The notes under the pieces were generated by a model. The model was not told where the DNA came from, did no database searches, and saw nothing but the letters and a program-made list of their open reading frames with translations. From NCBI GenBank assembly GCA_002482775.1, contig DLGQ01000079.1:29149-93148 (forward strand): a DNA stretch of 64,000 nt. The letters run 5' to 3'. The DNA comes from Flavobacteriales bacterium UBA7690 (lineage in GTDB: Bacteria > Bacteroidota > Bacteroidia > Flavobacteriales_F > PHOS-HE28). The translations under genes were made by a program, and so were the position numbers. This document shows positions 26,590 through 37,133 of the stretch, one piece after another; position 1 is the first letter of the stretch; every line of letters begins with the position of its first letter.

Positions 26590-27837
26590 ATGAGAACGCC
26601 GAATCTCCGCAGCCTGCTCACCGCCTTGCTGGCACTCTCCATGGCTGGCGCATATGCCCAAGCGAGCAACCGCCTCGATGCGGTGCATCTCATCCAGCAG
26701 GGCGACCTGCAACTGCGCACGGGCAACAGCGAACTGGCGCTGCTCCACTACACCAATGCGATACAAAAGGACGTGGCGTTCGGGGACGCCTACATGAAGC
26801 GTGCGATGTTGTTGAGCCGACTTGGACAGAACACCCAAGCTCTCGCCGACATGGATCGGGCGCTGGAGCTGAACCCGTACAGCGAATACATCTTCGACCG
26901 GCGCGCCAAGGTGAAATTCCTGATGAACGACCTCAAGGGTGCCGAGGATGACCTGGCCCGTGCCGTCGCCCTGAAGCCTTACGACGACCTGTTGCGGGAG
27001 AGTCGTGTGGATGCGTTGCTCGCCATGGGGAAAACTGAAGAAGCGGTGCAGGAACTGGATTCCTTGCTGCTGAGGCACCCGGACGATGTGCTCCTGATCC
27101 TGAAGAAGGGAATGGCCCGCTTACAAATGGATGACGGCCTCGGTGCTTTGGCGCTCTTCGACCAAGCCGTGTGCGTAGCGCCGCGACTTGCCATTGTGCG
27201 TGACTTGCGCGGTGTGGCATTGATGCGCCTGCAACGATGGAACGATGCGCTCGCGGCCTTGGATAGTGCAGTGTCCATGGACCGCAACTTCGATCTGGCG
27301 CTGTACAACCGTGGACTCGTACACGCGCACTTGGGGCATGCGGCCCAAGCGCGCGCGGATATGGATTCGGCGCTGGTCTTGGCGCAGGACAAGTCGCACA
27401 TCTTCTTCCAACGAGCGCTCACGCGCAAACAGGTTGGTGACCTTGCTGGTGCGAGGGACGATTACGATCGTGCGCTGGAACTAGCCCCTGACTATCTGGA
27501 AGCGCAATACAACCGGGCGTTCGTCCGAAAGCACTTGGGCGATCATGCCGGTGCCTTACAAGACGTCGACGACGCTTTGCGCAAAGCACCGGAGGATCCG
27601 AATGTCTGGGTCATGAAAGGCAATATCCACCTGCTCTACGGTGAGTTCAATGATGCTATTGAATGCTTCGATCGCGCGATCGGCATGGCCTACGATAGCG
27701 CCAAAGCGCATTACAACCGCGGCTTGGCCTACCATATGAACTACCAACCCTTGCAAGGCTGTAACGACCTGCGCCGCAGCGCGGATCTGGGCTCCACCCA
27801 AGCGACGGATGCCCTTAAATACTTCTGCTCGTTCTGA
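26590..27837 (+). CDS. Tetratricopeptide-repeat protein, secreted
   Basis: Signal peptide MRTPNLRSLLTALLALSMAGAYAQ, followed by about ten TPR-like 34-aa units (A..Y.RA......G....A..D...AL.L.P). Confidence 0.85.
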   Translation: MRTPNLRSLLTALLALSMAGAYAQASNRLDAVHLIQQGDLQLRTGNSELALLHYTNAIQKDVAFGDAYMKRAMLLSRLGQNTQALADMDRALELNPYSEYIFDRRAKVKFLMNDLKGAEDDLARAVALKPYDDLLRESRVDALLAMGKTEEAVQELDSLLLRHPDDVLLILKKGMARLQMDDGLGALALFDQAVCVAPRLAIVRDLRGVALMRLQRWNDALAALDSAVSMDRNFDLALYNRGLVHAHLGHAAQARADMDSALVLAQDKSHIFFQRALTRKQVGDLAGARDDYDRALELAPDYLEAQYNRAFVRKHLGDHAGALQDVDDALRKAPEDPNVWVMKGNIHLLYGEFNDAIECFDRAIGMAYDSAKAHYNRGLAYHMNYQPLQGCNDLRRSADLGSTQATDALKYFCSF

Positions 27838-27920
27838 AGTTGCCAGAGCCGAAGCGGCTACTAAAGCGCGGCACAACGGAAACCAAAGCTCCCCAACAGC
27901 ACCAACTAACAATAGACACC

Positions 27921-28712
27921 ATGAACAGGAGAAGCCTCCCCCTCGCCGTCGGTCTGGTTCTGACCTTGGGTTCATGCACCACCGTGCGGCAAGGAACCGT
28001 TGGTGTTAAACAGCGGTTTGGAAGACTGGACGACCGCATCATCACCGCCGGGCTTGTGGCTGTCAACCCCTTCAGCACGCGGGTGATCAAGGTGCCCATC
28101 CGGACCGTGAATAGAGAAGTTGAGCTGGCATTACCGAGCAAGGAGGGCTTGAACGTGCAGTGTGAGATCAGCATCCTCTACAGGGTCTTACCGGTGAAGG
28201 TGCCACAGATCATCGAGACCATCGGGCCGGACTATGAGCAAGCGGTGATAGTGAGCGTATTCCGTAGCGCTGCGGCGGACATCTGCTCGCGTTATTTCGC
28301 GAAAGACATGCACAGCGCACAACGTGGCGTGATCGAGCAGGAAATATCCACCTTCATGAACTCGTTGCTCACCGATCGCGGTTTCGTTATCGAGAGCGTA
28401 CTGATGAAGAGCATCAAACTGCCGGCCGGCCTGGCGAAGGCCATCGAGGACAAGCTTGAATCCGAGCAGCGCGCGCAGCAAATGGAGTTCGAATTGTTGC
28501 GCGAGCGCAGCGAGGCACAGCGCCGAGTGATCGAAGCCGAAGGCATTCGCGATGCACAGCTCGTGCTCACTGAAGGGCTGAAAGAGAACATCATCCGGTA
28601 CCAGAGCATCGAAGCGTTCAAGAGCCTTGCCGCTTCGCCCAGCTCCAAGGTGATCATCACAGATGGCAAGACACCCTTCCTGATCCAAGGTGAAGCACCC
28701 ACAGGTCGATGA
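27921..28712 (+). CDS. SPFH/band-7 (prohibitin-like) lipoprotein
   Basis: MNRRSLPLAVGLVLTLGSC lipobox. SPFH core and a C-terminal coiled coil (AQQMEFELLRERSEAQRRVIEAEGIRDAQ). Confidence 0.85.
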   Translation: MNRRSLPLAVGLVLTLGSCTTVRQGTVGVKQRFGRLDDRIITAGLVAVNPFSTRVIKVPIRTVNREVELALPSKEGLNVQCEISILYRVLPVKVPQIIETIGPDYEQAVIVSVFRSAAADICSRYFAKDMHSAQRGVIEQEISTFMNSLLTDRGFVIESVLMKSIKLPAGLAKAIEDKLESEQRAQQMEFELLRERSEAQRRVIEAEGIRDAQLVLTEGLKENIIRYQSIEAFKSLAASPSSKVIITDGKTPFLIQGEAPTGR

Positions 28713-29206
28713 ACAGACCTGCCATGCCTGCCATTCGCCGAACGACCATGGCCGAAAACGAACACGAAACCAATAAGAACATGGGACCCAGCGAACGAGC
28801 AAATGGAACGACCTATGAGGACCAGTACCGCAGCCTCGGCTATTTGTTCTACAGCATCGCCGCTTGCGACAGAAGCATCATACAGGCCGAGATCAACATA
28901 TTGAAGGAAATGACCGCGCGGCACTGGCTGGTAGAAGACCGCAACTATGACGAACTCGGCATCGAATCAGCCCGTTACATCGACATCGCCTTCGACCAGG
29001 CGCTTGAACAACGCTTGTCATCAAAAGATGCTTATGGGCGTTTCGTGGAAGACCAGTTGCGTGAGCCACGGCGGTTCGATGGTTGGACCAAGAGGTTGAT
29101 CCTGCGCACGGCGGTGGAGATCGCCAAGGCTTCCGGTTCGATGAACCACGCCGAGGCCACGCGGATCGGTGATCTGCAAAAGCTATTGGGCCTGTTCAAC
29201 GGTTGA
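28709..29206 (+). CDS. Hypothetical protein (TerB-like helical pattern), translationally coupled to the SPFH gene
   Basis: ATGA overlap with the SPFH stop. The pattern LGYLFYSIAACDRSIIQAEINILKE resembles TerB/DjlA-N-type domains, but this is a weak match. Confidence 0.45.
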   Translation: MNRPAMPAIRRTTMAENEHETNKNMGPSERANGTTYEDQYRSLGYLFYSIAACDRSIIQAEINILKEMTARHWLVEDRNYDELGIESARYIDIAFDQALEQRLSSKDAYGRFVEDQLREPRRFDGWTKRLILRTAVEIAKASGSMNHAEATRIGDLQKLLGLFNG

Positions 29207-29252
29207 CCGTTCTATGGTTCCGCACACCGACTTCGCCAACAGCCAGCACATT

Positions 29253-29897
29253 ATGCCTTCCTCTCGCACCTGTACCATGATCGCGGCGCTTTGTTGCACA
29301 TTGTTCTCTTTCGGCCAATTGACCGATACCACGACCGTACCTCTGGTCTATCGCTCGCTGAAGGACGCACTGCGCGAGCCCGATCGCGTTCGCATCCTGG
29401 ACCTGAGCGACCAGCACATCGGGCTATTGCCGAAGGAGATCTTCTTGTTCATCAACCTGGAGGAACTGCGATTGCGCAACGATGACCTGACTGAACTGCC
29501 CGAAGAGATCGGCGACTTGGGCAAGCTCCGCATCCTCGACCTCAGCGGGAATCCCATCCGACACCTGCCGGTCCATTTCAAGGACCTGAACGTGTTGGAA
29601 GAACTCTACCTCAACGAGAATAGCTACCTCGATCTGAAACAGGACATGAGAACACTTTCCCTCCTGCCCCATCTTCGGATACTCCATTTGGAGAATGACG
29701 GACTCTCCATTGTGCCGGAGAGCATCTCCGCCTTGCAGCACCTGGAGGAACTGTACCTGAATGCCAATCAGATCAACACTTTCCCTCCCGCATTGATCCG
29801 ATTGGATGGTTTGAAGTTGCTCGACCTCCAGCATAATCCACTGAAACCGCTCGTACCATTGGAATTACAGCAACGTGGGGTGCTTGTCAGATTCTGA
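29253..29897 (+). CDS. Leucine-rich repeat protein
   Basis: Repeated LxxLxLxxNxLxxLPxxI units (LEELRLRNDDLTELPEEIGDLGKLRILDLSGNPIRHLP...). Confidence 0.85.
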   Translation: MPSSRTCTMIAALCCTLFSFGQLTDTTTVPLVYRSLKDALREPDRVRILDLSDQHIGLLPKEIFLFINLEELRLRNDDLTELPEEIGDLGKLRILDLSGNPIRHLPVHFKDLNVLEELYLNENSYLDLKQDMRTLSLLPHLRILHLENDGLSIVPESISALQHLEELYLNANQINTFPPALIRLDGLKLLDLQHNPLKPLVPLELQQRGVLVRF

Positions 29898-29957
29898 TCG
29901 GTGGATCGATCGCTTCATCCACATCTCCTTAGAACCAACTGACCTTGCGTTAGCCCC

Positions 29958-30470
29958 ATGGAAGCATATCGCCCCCAACTTCTTGAGACCCTCTTCTGCC
30001 TGCTCGCGTTCATCGTGATCCGGTACTTGGGCAAGTACATCATCCGCAACTCGGTGGTGCGTTCCTCCTTCAAGGCCAAAGAGGAGAAAGAGATCCTGCG
30101 CTTGTTGAACCTGCTGTTCCTTCTGGTGCTGGCCGTGATCCTCACCGCCATCTGGGGCGTGAAGCAGAGCGAGGTCCTGATCTTCGCCACCTCGGTGATC
30201 ACTGTACTCGGCGTGGCGTTCTTCGCCGAGATGTCGATCCTGTCGAACGTTACCGCGTGCTTGGTCCTGTTCTTCCAACATCCCATCAAGATCGGCGATA
30301 CCATCATTATGCTCGACAATGAGCATGCCATGCAAGGCGAACTGATCGACATCACCTACTTCTTCGTTTTCATCCGCACGGCAGACCGAGGCATCATCAC
30401 CATGCCCAACTCGGTGCTGCTGAAGAGTCCCTTCCATATCATTGAGAAGCGTGAGGTCGTGCAGCAATGA
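29958..30470 (+). CDS. Small mechanosensitive (MscS-family) channel protein
   Basis: Three TM segments followed by an MscS beta-domain motif ([45 protein letters not shown]). Confidence 0.7.
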   Translation: MEAYRPQLLETLFCLLAFIVIRYLGKYIIRNSVVRSSFKAKEEKEILRLLNLLFLLVLAVILTAIWGVKQSEVLIFATSVITVLGVAFFAEMSILSNVTACLVLFFQHPIKIGDTIIMLDNEHAMQGELIDITYFFVFIRTADRGIITMPNSVLLKSPFHIIEKREVVQQ

Positions 30471-31522
30471 GCCATTCCATGGACTTCATACGGATCGTGC
30501 GCCCCGATGATTGGCACGTTCACCTGCGCGATGGGGCACAATTACGCACCACTGTTCCGCATACCGCCCGGTGCTTCGGTCGTGCCATCGTTATGCCCAA
30601 CTTGGTTCCGCCGGTAACCACGGCGGAAATGGCATTGGCCTACAGGGAGCGGATCATGGACGCTCTGGGCAAGGGCTTGCATTTCGATCCTCTAATGACC
30701 ATTTACCTCACGGACCGCACAGCACCCGATGAGATCGCGCGCGCAAGAGCCTCACGACATGTGGTAGCAGCCAAGCTCTACCCTGCCGGTGCCACGACCA
30801 ATTCGGATGCGGGGGTCACCGCTCCGGAGCATCTATTCCCCGCATTGGAGAAGATGCAAGAAGTAGGCTTGCCCTTGCTCATACACGGTGAAGTGGCACA
30901 TCCGAGCATCGACATCTTCGATCGTGAGAAGGTGTTCATCGAACGGCACCTTGTTCCACTGATCCGTCGCTTTCCCCGCCTTCGGATGGTGCTAGAGCAC
31001 ATCACTACAAGCGAGGCTGTGGACTTCGTGACCGACGCACCGGCACACATCGGGGCTACGATAACGCCGCACCATCTCCTGTTGAACCGCAACGACATGT
31101 TCATGGGTGGCATCCAACCGCACCACTACTGCCTACCCGTGCTGAAGCGTGAGGCCCATCGCCAAGGCCTTGTTGGCGCAGCTACCAGTGGCAACGCGAA
31201 GTTCTTTCTGGGTACCGACAGCGCTCCCCATGCGCGCGGTATGAAAGAGGCCGCATGCGGCTGTGCCGGCATCTACACAGCCCACGCTGCCATCGAACTC
31301 TACGCCGAGGTTTTCGACAGCGTTGGCGCACTGGACAAGTTGGAAGGGTTCGCCAGCTTCCATGGACCAGATCATTACGGCCTGCCACGGAATACAACAC
31401 ACATTACTTTACATCGTGATCCTTGGTCCGTTCCCACTTCCTATGCCTTTGCACAGGAGGTAGTGGTCCCTTTCAGAGCAGATGGAATTGTCCCATGGCG
31501 AGCCGTGCATGAGGCGTCCTGA
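30467..31522 (+). CDS. pyrC: Dihydroorotase, class II (homodimeric type)
   Basis: [44 protein letters not shown] and FLGTDSAPH are the PyrC class II signature blocks. Confidence 0.9.
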   Translation: MSHSMDFIRIVRPDDWHVHLRDGAQLRTTVPHTARCFGRAIVMPNLVPPVTTAEMALAYRERIMDALGKGLHFDPLMTIYLTDRTAPDEIARARASRHVVAAKLYPAGATTNSDAGVTAPEHLFPALEKMQEVGLPLLIHGEVAHPSIDIFDREKVFIERHLVPLIRRFPRLRMVLEHITTSEAVDFVTDAPAHIGATITPHHLLLNRNDMFMGGIQPHHYCLPVLKREAHRQGLVGAATSGNAKFFLGTDSAPHARGMKEAACGCAGIYTAHAAIELYAEVFDSVGALDKLEGFASFHGPDHYGLPRNTTHITLHRDPWSVPTSYAFAQEVVVPFRADGIVPWRAVHEAS

Positions 31523-31558
31523 TATTCTTTGTGCTTCACCTTGCTGATCGTACCGACC

Positions 31559-32524
31559 ATGGATACCCAACTGTTTCTCTCCAACATCACCAACCCCACC
31601 TTGCTCTTCTTCCTTTTGGGCATTGTAGCACGACTGGTGAAGAGCGATCTGGAGATCCCGCCGAGCACGATCAAGTTCATTTCGCTCTACCTGCTCTTCA
31701 GCATCGGGTTCAAGGGAGGGCAGGAACTGGCGCATGAGGACCTGAACGGACAGGTCACCTTGGAACTCGTGTTCGGAATGGCCATCGCCTCGGCTATTCC
31801 CTTCTATGCGTTCTTCCTGCTGAAGAAAAGACTAGGGGTGCAGAATGCCGGGGCGGTGGCTGCCGCGTACGGATCGGTGAGCGCCGTGACCTTCGTAGCG
31901 GCCAGCAGTTTCCTGGAAGCCAAGGGGCTCCTTTTCAGCGGGCACATGGTGGCGATCATGGCACTGATGGAAAGCCCGGCGATCATCGTGGGTATGGTGC
32001 TTTTGATGCGCTATGACAAGCAGAACATCGAACGCCCATCGCTCGGCAACATGCTGAAGCACTCCTTCACCAATGCCAGTGTGCTGATCCTGATCGGAAG
32101 CCTGCTCATAGGTCTGATCGCCGATGCCAAACAGGCCGAAGGCATCAAGCCCTTCACCACGGACATATTCAAGGGTTTCCTCGCCATCTTCCTGTTGGAG
32201 ATGGGCATGGTGACGGCTGCGGGATTCGGGGCATTCCGCAAATACGGTGGGTACGTGAGCGCCATGGCTGTGGCCTTCCCGCTCGTGAACGGATCGCTCG
32301 TGGCCGGGCTCAGTGGACTGATAACCCACGATACCGGCGATCGCTTAATGTTCGCCGTACTCGCCGCTAGCGCCAGCTACATCGCCGTGCCTGCAGCCAT
32401 GCGCTTGGCCGCACCCAAGGCCGATCCAGGCCTGTACATACCCATGGCACTCGGCGTCACCTTCCCCTTCAACATCACGGTGGGGATGCCGGTATACCTC
32501 GCGTTGATCATGCGTACGCCATAG
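31559..32524 (+). CDS. SbtA-like sodium-dependent bicarbonate transporter family permease
   Basis: Polytopic, about 10 TM segments. The N-terminus NPTLLFFLLGIVARLVKSDLEIPPSTIKFISLYLLFSIGFKGG is typical of the Sbt_1/DUF897 family. Confidence 0.7.
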   Translation: MDTQLFLSNITNPTLLFFLLGIVARLVKSDLEIPPSTIKFISLYLLFSIGFKGGQELAHEDLNGQVTLELVFGMAIASAIPFYAFFLLKKRLGVQNAGAVAAAYGSVSAVTFVAASSFLEAKGLLFSGHMVAIMALMESPAIIVGMVLLMRYDKQNIERPSLGNMLKHSFTNASVLILIGSLLIGLIADAKQAEGIKPFTTDIFKGFLAIFLLEMGMVTAAGFGAFRKYGGYVSAMAVAFPLVNGSLVAGLSGLITHDTGDRLMFAVLAASASYIAVPAAMRLAAPKADPGLYIPMALGVTFPFNITVGMPVYLALIMRTP

Positions 32525-32563
32525 TTCGGAACTTAGCACCCACCGATCCGCTCATAGGACCTT

Positions 32564-34228
32564 ATGAATCCCATACACCCCTGGCAACGCCTCACCCAGC
32601 TGCTGCGCGTGGACAAGCGCGAGATCGGGCACATCTACCTGTATGCCTTGGTGGGCGGGGCGATCAGCCTCAGTGTGCCCCTGGGCGTGCAGGCCATCAT
32701 CAACCTCATCAGCGGTGGGCAGGTCGCCACGAGTTGGGGGGTGCTCATCGCCTTCGTGACCATCGGCGTCGGCTTCACAGGGGCGTTGCAGGTGATGCAG
32801 ATCGCCTTGGCGGAGAATATCCAACAACGCCTTTTCGCCCGTAGCGCGCTGGAGTTCGCGTACCGCATACCGCGTATCAAGGCCGAGGCGATCGGCGGAC
32901 GCTACCTACCCGAACTGGTGAACCGCTTCTTCGATACGGTGAGCGTGCAAAAGGGCTTGAGCAAGCTCCTACTGGATGTGCCACTGGCGTTGTTGCAGAT
33001 CATCCTCTGCCTGATCCTGCTCGCGCTCTACCATCCCTTCTTCATCGCCTTCGGGTTCCTGTTACTGCTCCTGCTCTACCTCATCTTCAGTATGACCGCC
33101 AAGCGCGGATTGGCCACCAGCCTCACGGAAAGCACATTCAAGTACGAAGTGGCCTATTGGCTCGAAGAGCTCGGGCGAAGCAGTGCCACCTTCAAACTGA
33201 TCGGCCGCACCGACCTGCCGCTCGAACGCACCGACACGTTGGTGAACGGCTACATCACCGCGCGCAAAGCACATTTCCGTGTGCTGCTCGGACAGTACTC
33301 CGCGATGGTCGTCTTCAAGGTGGTGGTGACCCTGGCGCTGCTCGCCCTGGGTGGTGCATTGGTGATCAACGAGCAGATGAACCTGGGCCAGTTCGTGGCG
33401 GCGGAGATCGTGATCCTGTTGTTGATGGCGGCTGTGGAGAAGATCATCCTCCGCATCGAGACCGTGTACGATGTGCTTACAGCGCTGGAGAAGATCGGTG
33501 CGGTGACCGACCTGCCACTGGAGCCGAACCAGGGACTGAAAGTGCTTTCCGAGGATGCAACCAAAGGATTGGATGTTCGAGTTACCCAACTCGCCTTCCG
33601 TTCGCATTGGACCTCGCATTTCGTGTTGAAGGATGTGGACCTTCACCTGCGACCGGGCGAGAAGGTCTGCGTCAGTGGCGCGAACGGTTCAGGCAAGACC
33701 ACACTGCTCCGCATCCTCGGCGGTGCCGTGCAGCCCACGGAAGGCAACGTGCAGCTAGATGGCCATCCGATGAACAGCCTCGACATGGACGATGTGCGAT
33801 CGATCATCGGCGATAGTCTTGCGGACGAAGAGGTCTTCACAGGGAGTATCCTGCAGAACATCACCGTGGGGCGGAAGTGGGTGAGCGAGGATGATGTGAG
33901 CGAGGCATGCCGCGTGACCGGTTTGTTCGATCAACTTGCACAATTCCCGGAAGGACTGCTGACCAAGCTCGATCCGCAGGGCTCACGACTTCCGAAGAGC
34001 CTGGTGAAGCGGATCATCCAAGCGAGGTGCATCGCCGGAAAACCACGCTTGATCTTGTTGGAGGATTCCTTGCAGAATTGGGACTCGAAGGACCGTGAAC
34101 AACTGCTCGGTTGGATCAGCGCATCGGAACGCCCTTGGACCTTGCTGGCCGTGAGCAATGATCCGTGGTTGCAACAACGCTGCGGACGAACGTTGCAGTT
34201 GACGAATGGTACCATCAACGCTGCCTGA
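32564..34228 (+). CDS. ABC exporter (fused TMD-NBD, no peptidase domain) of a type I secretion-like trio; the NBD motifs look degenerate
   Basis: Six-TM N-terminal half and Walker A GANGSGKT. Downstream motifs look divergent (see finding). Confidence 0.8.
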   Translation: MNPIHPWQRLTQLLRVDKREIGHIYLYALVGGAISLSVPLGVQAIINLISGGQVATSWGVLIAFVTIGVGFTGALQVMQIALAENIQQRLFARSALEFAYRIPRIKAEAIGGRYLPELVNRFFDTVSVQKGLSKLLLDVPLALLQIILCLILLALYHPFFIAFGFLLLLLLYLIFSMTAKRGLATSLTESTFKYEVAYWLEELGRSSATFKLIGRTDLPLERTDTLVNGYITARKAHFRVLLGQYSAMVVFKVVVTLALLALGGALVINEQMNLGQFVAAEIVILLLMAAVEKIILRIETVYDVLTALEKIGAVTDLPLEPNQGLKVLSEDATKGLDVRVTQLAFRSHWTSHFVLKDVDLHLRPGEKVCVSGANGSGKTTLLRILGGAVQPTEGNVQLDGHPMNSLDMDDVRSIIGDSLADEEVFTGSILQNITVGRKWVSEDDVSEACRVTGLFDQLAQFPEGLLTKLDPQGSRLPKSLVKRIIQARCIAGKPRLILLEDSLQNWDSKDREQLLGWISASERPWTLLAVSNDPWLQQRCGRTLQLTNGTINAA

Positions 34229-34231
34229 ACC

Positions 34232-35593
34232 ATGCTCGACCTGAGCCCGCATAACCCGGTCCCCGCGCTTGGAAGCACATCGTTCAAGAGCTTCCGGACG
34301 ATCGGTGTGGCCAGTGCCAACAGGCTTTTCGCCCGGTGGGTGATCGCCATCTGCGCAGTCATCATCATCGCGCTCTTCCTCCCGTGGACACAGAACATCC
34401 GCGCGCGCGGTACGGTGACCAGTCTCTCGCCGGATCAACGTCCACAAACGATACATGCCATCATCCCTGGAAGACTGGAACAGTGGTTCGTCAAGGAAGG
34501 GCAGCTCGTGGAAAAGGGCGACACCATCCTGCGCTTGAGCGAGGTGAAGCCCGAATACTTCGATCCGCAATTGTTGGACCGCACCCAGCAGCAGATCACC
34601 GCGAAGGAACTCACTGGCAAGAGCTACGAGGAGAAGGTTCATGCGCTGGATGCCCAGATCGACGCACTTACCGGTGGCTTGCGCATAAAGCTTGAGCAGG
34701 CGCAGAACAAGATCATCCAAGCCCGATTGAAATTGCAGAGCGACAGCATCCGCGTGGTCGCTGCGAATACGGAGATCAAGGTGGCCGATGATCAATACGA
34801 GCGCGGCGAACAACAGTTCAAGGAAGGGTTGATCAGCAAGGTGGAACTCGAACGACGCCAAGTGGCGCAACAGCGCGCCCACGCCACACTGATCGACGCG
34901 CAGAACAAGTTGCTCGATGCGCGCAACGAGCTGCTGAACGCGCAGTTGGACATCAATGGTATCCGCAACGACTATCGCGATAAACTGAGCAAGGCCGAGA
35001 GCGAGAAGTACGCCAGTATGAGCCAGTTCTACACCACCGAAGGCGAGGTGAGCAAGATGCAGGTGGACCTTGCTAACTACACGGTGCGCGCGGGCAACTA
35101 CTACGTTACCGCTCCACAACAAGGCTACATCACCAAAGCCGTGGTGACCGGTGTCGGGGAAACGGTGAAGGAGGGCGACCCCTTGGTGAGCGTGATGCCC
35201 GCGAAGTTCGATCTGGCCGTGGAACTCTACGTGCGCCCCATGGACATGCCGCTGATCAACAAGGGACAAGAGGTGCGCTTCGTGTTCGATGGATGGCCGA
35301 GCATCGTCTTCAGCGGATGGCCCAACAGTAGCTACGGCACCTTCGGCGGTGAGGTGGTGGCCATCGACAACTTCATAAGTCCCAATGGTAACTATCGGAT
35401 ACTGGTGGCACCCGTGAGCGATGAGCAGCCGTGGCCGCGTGCTTTGCGTGTTGGCGGCGGCGCCGTAGGCTTCGCCCTGATGAGCAATGTGCCCATCTGG
35501 TATGAACTGTGGCGGCAGATCAACGGGTTCCCGCCGGACCTGTATGCCGATCCGATGAACGTGAGCACTAAAGGCGATCCGAAGATCAGATGA
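34232..35593 (+). CDS. HlyD-family membrane fusion protein
   Basis: A single N-terminal TM, a lipoyl-like segment (GRLEQWFVKEGQLVEKGDTILRL), a long coiled coil and a C-terminal beta-barrel. Confidence 0.85.
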   Translation: MLDLSPHNPVPALGSTSFKSFRTIGVASANRLFARWVIAICAVIIIALFLPWTQNIRARGTVTSLSPDQRPQTIHAIIPGRLEQWFVKEGQLVEKGDTILRLSEVKPEYFDPQLLDRTQQQITAKELTGKSYEEKVHALDAQIDALTGGLRIKLEQAQNKIIQARLKLQSDSIRVVAANTEIKVADDQYERGEQQFKEGLISKVELERRQVAQQRAHATLIDAQNKLLDARNELLNAQLDINGIRNDYRDKLSKAESEKYASMSQFYTTEGEVSKMQVDLANYTVRAGNYYVTAPQQGYITKAVVTGVGETVKEGDPLVSVMPAKFDLAVELYVRPMDMPLINKGQEVRFVFDGWPSIVFSGWPNSSYGTFGGEVVAIDNFISPNGNYRILVAPVSDEQPWPRALRVGGGAVGFALMSNVPIWYELWRQINGFPPDLYADPMNVSTKGDPKIR

Positions 35594-37056
35594 TCAGGTG
35601 TTCAGATAATGCGAATGCCTTCTGGGCGATACCGCGTGTTCACATGCTCACGCTGTCTTTGGCGCTGATGTGTTCGTGTATTGTGGCATCCGTCGAGGCC
35701 CAAGTTCCTGCGGTGCTCACTCGGGAAGTATTCGTGCGTGCGGTGTTGGAGAACCATCCGATGGCACGACAGGCGGCTCTGAGACCGGAGCTCGGTGAAG
35801 CCACGGTGCGAAGTGCGCGCGGTGGTTTTGATCCGTTGGCGACGGCGAACTACGACGAGAAGCAGTTCGATGAGAAGAACTATTTCCAGCTTTTCGATGC
35901 CGGTTTGAAGGTGCCGACGTGGTATGGCGTGGAACTTTTCGCGGGGTATCAGGAGAACAGTGGTGACCTCTTGAACCCGCAGAACAGCACTCCCGGGGAC
36001 GGCCTCATCAAAGTGGGTGGTCAGGTGAGCGTGGGGCAGGGGCTCTTCATCGATCAACGGCGTGCTACTCTGCGGAAGTCGCAAGCCTACCTGCGTGCCA
36101 CACAAGCCGAGCAGGAGCAGATGTTGAACGACTTGTTGCTCCAAGCGTTGAGCGATCATACCGATTGGGTAGCCGCATACCGTGCGCTGGAGGTAAGCAA
36201 TAGCGCCGTTGATCTGGCAAATGCACGCTTGGACAACGTGCGTGGAAGTTGGCGCGGTGGTGATCGACCGGCCATAGACACCCTCGAAGCGTATCTGCAA
36301 CTGCAGGACCGCCAGATGCGCCAACAGCAGGCCAGCCTGAACTTCCGCAATGCGGGCCTGCGCTTGAGCAACCACATGTGGAACGCCGCGCAGCAACCAC
36401 TGGAGCTGCAGTCGGGTGTGATCCCCGACCCTGCGGACCTTGCTTCCCCCGCGACGTTCCAACTGGCCGACACGGCGATCACCAATGCGGTTCTTGACCA
36501 TCCGCTGCTCGCGCAAGCCAGCGCACGTATCGATCAACTGGAGATCGACCGCCGACTGCGCAACGAATACTTGAAGCCCGAACTCGACCTGAAGTACCAA
36601 TGGCTTGGCAATGGAGGCGCGCTGAACAACGAGCAGGGCACCACCCTCCTTGGCGATGGTTACCAGTTCGGTGTCGGCTTCCAAGTGCCGCTATTCCTGC
36701 GCCGTGAACGTGGCGAGCTCACCATCGCGAAGTTGCGCCTCACCGATGCCTCGCTCGGCCTGGAGCGCGACCGCCTACGCATCCGCAACCGTATCAACGA
36801 GCGCGTGAACGACATCAACGTCTTCGCTGATCAAGTTCGCCTGGGCGCCGACATGGTGGTGAACAATGAACGATTGCTTTCCGGTGAGAACCAGCGTTTC
36901 GCCGCCGGTGAGAGTTCGCTCTTCCTGGTGAACGCGCGTGAAGTGCCCCTCATCGACACGCGCATTCGACAGATCGAACTGGAAGCGCGCTTAAGGAAGG
37001 CGTTCTTCAGTTTGGACCATGAGGCGGGAACGCTTTGGAGGAGCTGGAGACCGTAG
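35590..37056 (+). CDS. TolC-family outer-membrane efflux protein
   Basis: ATGA overlap with the hlyD-like stop (alternative ATG at 35644 before the signal peptide). It shows the two-repeat OEP architecture. Confidence 0.85.
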   Translation: MIRCSDNANAFWAIPRVHMLTLSLALMCSCIVASVEAQVPAVLTREVFVRAVLENHPMARQAALRPELGEATVRSARGGFDPLATANYDEKQFDEKNYFQLFDAGLKVPTWYGVELFAGYQENSGDLLNPQNSTPGDGLIKVGGQVSVGQGLFIDQRRATLRKSQAYLRATQAEQEQMLNDLLLQALSDHTDWVAAYRALEVSNSAVDLANARLDNVRGSWRGGDRPAIDTLEAYLQLQDRQMRQQQASLNFRNAGLRLSNHMWNAAQQPLELQSGVIPDPADLASPATFQLADTAITNAVLDHPLLAQASARIDQLEIDRRLRNEYLKPELDLKYQWLGNGGALNNEQGTTLLGDGYQFGVGFQVPLFLRRERGELTIAKLRLTDASLGLERDRLRIRNRINERVNDINVFADQVRLGADMVVNNERLLSGENQRFAAGESSLFLVNAREVPLIDTRIRQIELEARLRKAFFSLDHEAGTLWRSWRP

Positions 37057-37133
37057 TGGACCTGAACAGCGAGAGGTTCCGATCGACGGGATCGCCCTGC
37101 TGGTGAAGGTGAACAAGAAACGCTGCCGGTCGG

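Noticed and set aside
33983-36684. Long minus-strand ORFs (33983..35269 and 35602..36684) opposite the HlyD and TolC genes
   Set aside because: These are shadow ORFs antisense to genes with clear family signatures. They are His/Arg/Leu-rich and low-complexity.
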